Origin: Vermamoeba vermiformis
Lineage: Eukaryota
DNA length: 64,000 nt
Assembly: GCA_045837725.1 (NCBI GenBank)
Contig: JBEWZL010000006.1
Location: forward strand, 62,001-126,000
Direction: 5' to 3'
Below the pieces are notes generated by a model that saw only the letters and a list, made by a program, of their open reading frames with translations, was not told the origin of the DNA and made no database searches. Shown in pieces: positions 55,513 to 64,000 of the stretch (the stretch's first letter is position 1; every line of letters starts with the position of its first letter). Made by a program: the position numbers and the translations under genes.

Positions 55513-55968
55513 TTTAGCTATGTAGATTTGTTGTATTATTAAGCAATAAGACTGGCAAAAGCGTCATTTTGTCAATTTAAATTCCCGTTGTACATAAAGC
55601 TTTCACCACCATGTGATTCCGTGTCTACTTTATGCGCTTCTACCTACGTTTTCTATGAAAGTTATTATAATAGCATGACGCAATAACGATCATTCTTTCT
55701 CTTTTCATCAAGTAATGGAGAATAGGACCTTACTCCTTAATACAGCGAGATCCACTTTGGTGAGTACAATAGAGTTGAATTAATATAGGCTCTTTTACCT
55801 GGAAATTTAGGAACTTATTTCGGCACAAAGAGACGTGCAGCAATAATAGTTGCAAAATTAAAATAAATCTTTAATTACGCAGGCATCTGCTCGATCCCTG
55901 CCGATGATAGCTGATCTAATACAAAACTATACAAGTTAATTCATCTCTTGCAAGATATGGACATTGTC

Positions 55969-56749
55969 TTATTTGGGAGCCTTGAGAACACGATCCGTTC
56001 CCAAGTTAGGCAATACTCGGCCAACAAGAGACGACAGAATATTTTTAACGGGTGCTGTTTGATCGGCACGATCGTCGCCTCCCAAAATAGGACTAGCAAT
56101 TATCTGCACATGCGCGAATGGAATGCCTTTGGATTCGGCAAATTTTTTGACTTCGTTATTGCTGTTTGCATCAACTAATACAATCGTGATAGGGCAATCT
56201 TGTAACGTCTTCTTTTCAAAACTGAATAATTACGTATTAAATACGGTTAAAATCCAATCTGGCTTAAGACCCAGATTTCAAATCTGAACTTCAGTTACTT
56301 ACGTCAAGATATTCGTGATTAATGTATTAAGTTTATCATTTGTATATCTTTGTGACTCGACTAAAATGACATAGCCGTCGCAGCTAGTTGTGAAAGCGAA
56401 AACACCGTGGTTTAGCTGATCGCCAATTACGCGCATTTCAAAATCAATTTCTTGATTATTAACTGTAACGTGACCGCTATAATAAATAATATTAGAATAT
56501 TGTAATTTAAATTATTAACCGCACTTGACGCTAAGCCCTTTTTCATTTTCGAAATAATTTATACTTACGCAGCAGTCTGTGGAGTTACGCCACGGGCAAA
56601 TGCCAGTGTCTTAGAAAAAGATTCTACCATTCCATAAGCGGCAAAAAATCCCTCAGCACGAGCTAAATCAATTATTACAACCGAATCCAAAAAAGAGATT
56701 TGACTGCGCGTTTCTTACCTGTCAAACCTGTGATGCCAATTTTAATCAT
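55969..56749 (-). CDS. Ras-superfamily-like protein with degenerate G motifs, paralog B (tandem duplicate)
   Basis: Same intron positions as paralog A; MIKIGITGLTARAEG...VTVNNQEIDFEMRVIG...CDGYVILVE...CPITIVLVD...EVKKFAESKGIPFAHV. Confidence 0.65.
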
Positions 56750-57385
56750 TTTTTGGTAATGCTTATTTGTTGTTGTTATTGTTCACGTTAATTAATTAGA
56801 ATGGGACGAACGAAAGCAGCTTTTTGTCACTTCGGTTCCCAAAAAAACACTTTGCTTGTCAAGCTATCCAACTTAAAAATTTACGAGGCGATGTCTTTAC
56901 CTACACTTTCATCGAACATAGCATTCCGAGAGAAAGATACAAACAGCGTAACTCTTTTGAGCTTGACACGTGTCTAGTCCTTGCTGAACTCAGTACAACC
57001 TCGTTGACAAAGCGTGTATTCCGCGCTTATTTACGTAGATTTATTGTACATTGTTCTCTCGTCTCAATACTGGCTTACACTCTCGATTTGCGCAGGTTTA
57101 AATTGTTCAGACCAGAACTGTAAGGCTTACATCCTTTCATTAGCAGCGCACTATCTAAATATGATGTTCAAACCTCTTAGGTTAAAGGAGAGAAGGCAAT
57201 GAACCTTTCCTTTTTGTTTCATTTCCCGAACTGAAATTTCTTCGAGCAGCTCAAAAAAAAAAGCCCGTTCTTTAATCATTATTATTAAATGATCTCTCCA
57301 CACCACAACATCACTGATTAGTGAATAGCAATGTACCGACATTAAACTGAAGCCGAAGAAGACACATCCCGAAGCAAATTAAAGA

Positions 57386-59133
57386 ATGCCGTTTACTCCA
57401 GAAGAAACTGGTATTCTTGAAGTATTATTATATTGCACCAGTGTAGCAGGGATGCTAGGTGCTTTATTTGTATTTGTAAGTGTTTCTAACGACTCAGAAC
57501 ATTAAGATTTTTCAATAATTAGCACATCCGCATGCTCAATGCGTAAAACTATTATTATAATTAATATCAATATTACGAAGGAATATATATCGCTTTTATA
57601 TTAAAATCAAGCAAATACCGATTCATAAAATCAGAATGACACCAAAAATTCACAGATCGGCATTATTTTTTCGATTTCTAGACTTGATCATTATTATCCT
57701 ATATTACTATAATAATTATTGATTATTTAAACGATAAATTAACAGCAGAAATCTCATTAAACTTTTCAATTAACAGATCACATATTTGGCTCTAAAATCA
57801 CGGCGGTCCTTCGGCACCAATCTCGTATTCGTGATGAGCATTGCTAATTTTGGAGTCTCTGTATCATTTTTGCCTATATTTTGGAAGGACAACGACATTT
57901 TTTGTCAGGTTGAAGGCTCCATCCACCACGTTTCGATGATCGTCAGCTACATATGGTAAATATATATATATACTACCTTACATTAATATTTCTTCAATAA
58001 TACTGCAGTATCCGTCTCATAATATCTTCGGAAATTTCGGATTCGTAACCATACTTAATTGGATCTTACTTAGGGGCTTGTTTATGGGCATAACATTCTA
58101 TGCAGTATTCAGTCAAAAATTCGAAGAACCAAAAATGAGGCTCGCGCGCATTGTATTTTTAGTTGGAGCGCTTGCTTATGGCGGGATCGGCGCTGGGGTT
58201 GTTTTTGGATTAGAAGCTTACGATTCTGAACGACTCTCGTACGTTTAAAAAATATCAATATGGTATATATATTACTATTACGTATTAATTATAATGTTTT
58301 ATTTAGTTGTTGGATAGATCCAAAGCATTTGTTGTACATGATCTTATTTTACTTCCCTTGCTTATTAGCGCCATTGATCAATATCCTGGCCTTCCTTGCT
58401 ATCCTAACACGTCATGGCAGAGCGACATTTACGACCAAATATAGGTTTAGCATGTACTTGCTGATCTTCATCGCGTCGCATACTTTTGATGCGCTAAATA
58501 AGATCCACAGTACGCTATACCCAGCATCACCGAACTTCGCGTTTTATATCCTGCAAGCAATCACATTCCCTTGCGAAGGTCTTTACGTGGCGATAATGTT
58601 CATTCTGACCGAGCCCGAGATCGTGGACAAGTACAAAGAATTCTTCTCGCGGTGTTGTTGCAGATCTAGTCCTTATGGAGTGACTAAAGCTTGGGAAGAG
58701 ATGGATAGTGGATATAGAGAGACTAGAGGGGTAAGTTTAATCGATTTTGAACGCTTTGTAACGACCACGAAATTTCAAAATTTTATCAATTTTATTTTAT
58801 CAGCTCAAACCGCTTAATAACACCTTATATGACTATCCAAACAATGCCTACATTATAAGTCGTTCATATTATTGACATTTGCGTCTTTAGGCATCGCGAT
58901 CTCGCGGCATCTATGAACCGAACCAATCCAGTACAAGTACTGATACGCCAATGTCCATGTCGCTATTATCGCCTCTACCCAGCCTTCCAATGTCGAGAGC
59001 TAGCTTTTCGTCAGATATAATGGACTACGACATTGATTATGACGCAGATAATCAGACTGGAAGCGGCGTACCTTATCAAGCGTTAGAACCTGAATCTAAA
59101 GCACCGCAGAATGATTTTAGCCACATTTTGTAA
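57386..59133 (+). CDS. cAMP-receptor-like (CAR/GCR1/GPR157) G-protein-coupled receptor
   Basis: Seven hydrophobic helices; NLVFVMSIANF, FCQVEG, CWI in ECL2, YLLIFI, LQAITFPCEGLYVAIMF; Ser-rich tail. Confidence 0.85.
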
Positions 59134-59383
59134 GCGCGTAGGATGTATAGATGCTACTCGATGTAAATAAACCTCAGAGAAAATTCAATCCATCTGGATC
59201 ATCACCGAAATAGCCGAACTAGTTTCCTTTAGATTATTGAACGATAGTATAGTCACGAAAACTTCGATCATTAGTTTTTATTGTACAAGATTTACAATTT
59301 ATAAATACAGCGGCAATAGTTCTGAATGATTCAATTAAGCAGATCAAAATGTCAGAAATCTTGATATCCTTTCGGTGGAGCAA

Positions 59384-59908
59384 CTATTCTACGGCCTCGA
59401 GAGTTCGAATCAGCGCTGAATAGCATAGGCCGTCGGCTGGCTTGATTTGCATAGTTGGTGACTTTTCGAAAGACTCTTCAGATCCAGACTTGGATAGAAT
59501 GGATGGCTTCCTGAGAAATAGCGGCTTCGATTTTTTTCGTTTCCTCGACATTACTACGATCTCTATTTTACAATTTCCATCCAATGACGAGTATTTGACG
59601 CCAACAACATCGTTCTGAGATTGAATTCCTTTTCCATTGCCAGAATCGGTCACGTTATTGCTATTATGCGAATTCTTGTCTCTATTTAGTATTATTGGCG
59701 CAATAAGAACGTGTTTGGTATTATTTGAAGAGAAGATCTCTCTCGGGCTAATGCTACTTCCATCCACTGAAAATGCATTAACGTCGAAACAGTAGCTAAC
59801 TGCTTGGTGAAAGCTAACGAGCTCTGAGTGACCTTTTTCATCACTTAATTTGAACGTAATCTTCTTGGCAAGTCCATCGACTTTGGAGTAGTCTAGCACT
59901 AACGACAT
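59384..59908 (-). CDS. Hypothetical protein, 174 aa, single exon
   Basis: Uninterrupted ATG-TAG ORF with acaaATG context; no family recognised. Confidence 0.5.
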   Translation of the reverse strand: MSLVLDYSKVDGLAKKITFKLSDEKGHSELVSFHQAVSYCFDVNAFSVDGSSISPREIFSSNNTKHVLIAPIILNRDKNSHNSNNVTDSGNGKGIQSQNDVVGVKYSSLDGNCKIEIVVMSRKRKKSKPLFLRKPSILSKSGSEESFEKSPTMQIKPADGLCYSALIRTLEAVE

Positions 59909-60490
59909 TTGTGCTGTTCTTCGAAGTTATTTTGTACTGCAGTATACTGACGTGTTGTTTGTGGTGCGGCACTGTGCAATTAAATCAAGAAAGCAAGAAA
60001 AATAAGAAAAAGAGTCGGATATTTTGATGAATTTGGCAATAATTCCGAAAAGCAATCTTAGCGCGTGGCTTGATCGGTTCGAATGTCCATTCAACTCGCA
60101 CAATAGCCCCTCCCTGGACCACCAAAGACCAGCAATAAGGTCAAGATACCTACTGACGAGATACTAGGGCCATTTCGGAGCGTCTAGCGCAATCAATAAA
60201 CTCGGACCAAAATAGATTGAATTTCATCAAGATGGTGGCACGTGGTCATTTTCATTAAGTTGAGCACGTGCTCGAACTCGTACAAGCGTTATTCTATTGA
60301 CCTATTGACCGCAATACGTGAGTAACAATGGTAACTTAAGTAAGAATACGTATTGAGTTATTATGGTAATTATTCCTTTTATTATTTTCAAGATTGAGAA
60401 TTCATAGCGCTAGACTAAGAACTCTCGTTAATTTTGCAAATTACTCTCGATCTGTTTCATCGAAAAAATAAATTATTTTTGAAGCGCAAC

Positions 60491-61810
60491 TTATTTAGCA
60501 GCAGTCTTTCTGGTTCTCAAAACAGGTGACTTCTTGCCAGTGTTGACGTTAGTACCCTTGAGCCATTCGCTGCTGTCACCAAGACTGCCAGAAGTGGAGT
60601 CAGTGGTGCGAGTGGATCTCTTGCCACCCTTCTTGCCGAGACCCAACGAGTTGAAGACCAAGAAACCAGCCAAACCGAGAATAGCCGCGGCCAACAAGTA
60701 AGTGAAGATACTATAAAAAGAAAAATATTATTAGTAAGCCATAAAAAGCTATTCAAAGTGCACGACACGAATCATCGAGAATTTCGTTAAAAATGTCCAA
60801 ATAAATACCAAAAAATAAGGATAATATAGTACTTACTTGCGAATATCGAAACCAGTAACAGCCTCTTCAATATCGATGGTCTTGTTCATAAAAGTGGTAG
60901 CGTAGTTGACGCCAGCCTCATCTGAGTAGAAAACAACACCAACAAAGCCAACCTTCATAGCGTCGAACATAGGATCGGGTCTGAAGTAGTAAGTGAAGCT
61001 AGTTTGTTCGTTGGGGTTCACAGCGACGTGGTAAGGAACGCGAGTGAACTAGATGAAGGAAATTTGTTAAAATTATTCCATTGTTCGAATATTAATTGCG
61101 AAAAAAATAGTATAAATATTGTAATAATGTGTTATAAAATCAAATATTGTGCAAAGCGGAATAGTTCGTTTTTTGGCAGAGGAAAAATATCTCTGCGCAT
61201 CCAAAAATAAAACTTGACCTAATCAAGCCTAAGACACCGATGGAGCTATATTAACTTACGTTTTGAATGTAGTAAGACAAATCTTGAGGATAAGTGAAGC
61301 CAGCTTCGATGGCAGTAACGTTGAATTTTTTATCGCCATTATTGCTGAAAAGCATCAAGAAATCATTGATCTCACCAATAGTAACCTCTATAATACGAAA
61401 ATAATTATTAATAAACAATCCCTTGCGTAAACAAGCTAAGAACAATAGATGAGTTGAAAAAAGTGCATTTGGAAAAATTTTCTGATATCAATTCAAAATT
61501 CAGCCATAATATTAAAAATGAAATCCATAATCATATTAGTAGACTTACTGCCTGCGGGGAAAATAGACACGACATCAGCGTCTTGAGAGGCGCCAGCGAA
61601 AGATTCAACAGTTTCAGTATCCTCAACTTCAACATATTCGACTTCAGCGTCGTCTTGGGCGATAGCGCCTACATTTGCATAATATTATTAATATTTCTGG
61701 ACGTGATTGCGAGCTAAAAACGAAAAAGAAAGTGAGTTTGTGTAGTAGATGAGCTTACCGAAGACGAGGCACATAAGAAAAACAGCAAATAACTTCAATT
61801 TATTGGCCAT
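60491..61810 (-). CDS. SSR1: Translocon-associated protein alpha (TRAP-alpha)
   Basis: Signal peptide, acidic N-terminus, FTYPQDLSYYIQNFT, EQTSFTYYFRPD, TTFMNKTIDIEE, one TM helix, basic tail with EWL. Confidence 0.92.
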
Positions 61811-62089
61811 TGTGGCTTTTGTTTGTAATAATAAAGACACTGTCGACAAACCACGATATCATTTATGAGGCCACGTTTCTGTTAGGCAGGTCAAAAAAAG
61901 TCAATTGAAATTTTCAGGTCATATGACTAAAATTAGAACATACTCTTATGAACTGACCTTACGCGGCAACGTAGCGATGACGAGACACCACAAATATAAG
62001 TTCAGAGGATATTTATTTTAAAACATTAAATAAGTAAACCACAAAGTGGCAGGACAAAAAAGTTCGCGTTGATCCGCTTCGAATCCAAT

Positions 62090-63752
62090 CTAGTTCTGCA
62101 TGTCCAAGTTGATTTCTAACGAGACATAAGGGTAGAACTTTTCGTTGGTGACCAAACCAGAAGGAGCTTGAGAATCCAAGTCTTCATCATTAGCCAAATT
62201 GCGACCCATGTGCTTGTACATTTCATTCAGAGTGTCACGCAACTTCTTCTCTTGCCTCTTCTTGGGCTATAATAGTATAATACGTATGAGACCGACGGGT
62301 ACTATTAATTCATATAGGTCTCAAGCCTTACCAGAATCAACATAGCTTGGAAATCTGCGGGCAAACCGAAGCGCAAAACTGATTCAACGAAGCAGCGAAT
62401 GCACTTCAAATGAATCCAAGCAATAAATGCTTCAGCAAAGTTTGTCTTACACCATCGAGAAAGATTTCGCTAAACAAATAACATTAATATCCCTCTTCAT
62501 GTAATGTTGTCAATGTGACAGCAATGAGATCCGTTATTGTTATGTAGTAATATTTGAAACACGTACCTTTTGTCTATCTCGCTCGGTGATTTGTTTTTTC
62601 TTGGCCTCAGGATCGATAATGACAGCAGGCTCATATTTACGAACAATAAACTTGTGTTCACGAGCAGCGTTCTTAAAATCATCGACAGCGCGCTTGAACA
62701 GAACAACGCACCACAATCCGTTTTCACCGTCTTCGAATACTTTGCGACTTGAACGAGGCACGACATATTGAGCCAATGTCTCGTATTTTGTGAGCCATGT
62801 TTGTTCTTCGGATCTGGCGGCAAATTTAAACAATAAATATCATTGCAAATTATCAAAATATTATTTCGGCATTATTTACCTGTTGACTACAACGAAGAGA
62901 GTTGTAAGATTTGTGCTTTCAGTAACGTCTTCTTTTTTAACAATATTTCCAAGATCTCGGGCAATAAGTGAGCCACTACATTTTAAAAAATTAGAAAAAT
63001 GCTCAAGAGCAGCAAAGTAAATATTATGATACGAGGGAATTAATATTTTGACGAGATCCGTTAATTAACGTAAACGTACCTTTCTTTTTTCTCTTGAGCG
63101 TGAATAGATTGATTCAAAGTGTTGTATTCCACGGCTTTTTGTCTCAATTCTTCGTCCAATTTGCCCACGTTCTAATAAACCATTTAGCAAATATTTATCG
63201 GATATTTTTTGAAAAGTCGACTAACTTCTTTCTCGCGTCAATTCCAACGGATGTATCAATTTGTACAGCTCTAAAAATTGTATAAATGCGTCCTATACTT
63301 ACGGCATGAACTAAATCAACGAGCTCACGCAGGGATTTTCGTCTCGGGAAGCGAGCATCCTCCCACTTGAATCGTGTCAAGTATTGATCGGCGTTGGCTG
63401 TTTAAAACAATTCGGAATGATAATTAACATCAGGAAAATTATAATTATTATAGCAGAGCAACTTACTGTCAATAATAGGGATATTAAACTTCTCTGGCTT
63501 TTTTTCCATTAAATCAAATAATTGTTTGGCGATCTTTCGAGTCATATTTTCAACGTACATATCGATTTTGTTTAATTCATCGCTCAATTCCATCAATGAG
63601 TTCAATGTGCCGACTTTGAGGTCTGGTATTTCAAATTTGTTATTTTCCTGCGATAGATCCTTGAACTGCATTGTTTGTCTGTTCAGGTCACCGAACACAT
63701 CCGGAGATGTCTTCTTAGGCACTGATATGAGCCAGAATAATTTATCCTCCAT
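62090..63752 (-). CDS. ATP6V1C1: V-type ATPase subunit C
   Basis: [89 protein letters not shown]. Confidence 0.96.
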
Positions 63753-64000
63753 ACTTTTGTTGCTTGAAAGAGCTCTACAACAACAATATCGTCGTTGGCG
63801 TATTTCCGTTTACTTTTCAGATGGATTTGCCCGTCAAAATTTTCTCGTTACAAATTTGACGACCAAATTTTGCTCGGGATCGAGACCGTTCTCTGAAAAA
63901 ATTTTGCTTTGCCGGACATTCTTATAAGTTATTTAGTTGTAAAGGTGACCACGACTGGTTTTTATCATTATACAAGAACTCGATCAGGAGATCTAGATGT

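Noticed and set aside
60058-60090. A-box/B-box-like TAGCGCGTGG...GGTTCGAAT suggesting a tRNA
   Set aside because: Boxes are too close together and no cloverleaf can be drawn

Overview
Gene-dense, intron-rich eukaryotic nuclear DNA using the standard code, with short AT-rich GT-AG introns (mostly 40-300 nt, plus two GC-AG). The gene complement (cAMP-receptor-like GPCR, Zn2Cys6 factor, VIT-vWA protein, LRR-filamin protein) suggests an amoebozoan-type protist; that is inference. About 28 protein-coding loci are present. Conserved genes include LUC7, RPA1, polyprenol reductase, a SNF1/MARK-like kinase, MCEE, EFL1, katanin p60, ASPDH, a myosin light chain/calmodulin-like protein, an HMG-box protein, TRAP-alpha and V-ATPase C. 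An accessory block at ~32-42 kb holds two F-box-like genes, a PH fragment, a secreted protein with bacterial-type 30-aa repeats and a SAM-REase-kinase (Crinkler/FunK1-like) gene. Most notable observations: (1) that kinase gene has only 2 CpG in ~2 kb of an otherwise CpG-rich genome; (2) an AGC-kinase C-terminal tail sits inside a kinase-less VIT-vWA protein, whose conserved C-terminus needs a +1 shift at ACG-TGA; (3) a degenerate tRNA-Lys with a structured 3' trailer and T9 lies antisense in an intron; (4) a ~1 kb TIR element carries a hairpin minisatellite; (5) the palindrome TGACACGTGTCA recurs five times; (6) two tandem Ras-like pseudo-GTPases; (7) a hairpin could mask a LUC7 5' splice site; (8) an intergenic structured-RNA candidate. 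All family assignments come from motif recognition by eye, not database searches, and exon boundaries were inferred manually.
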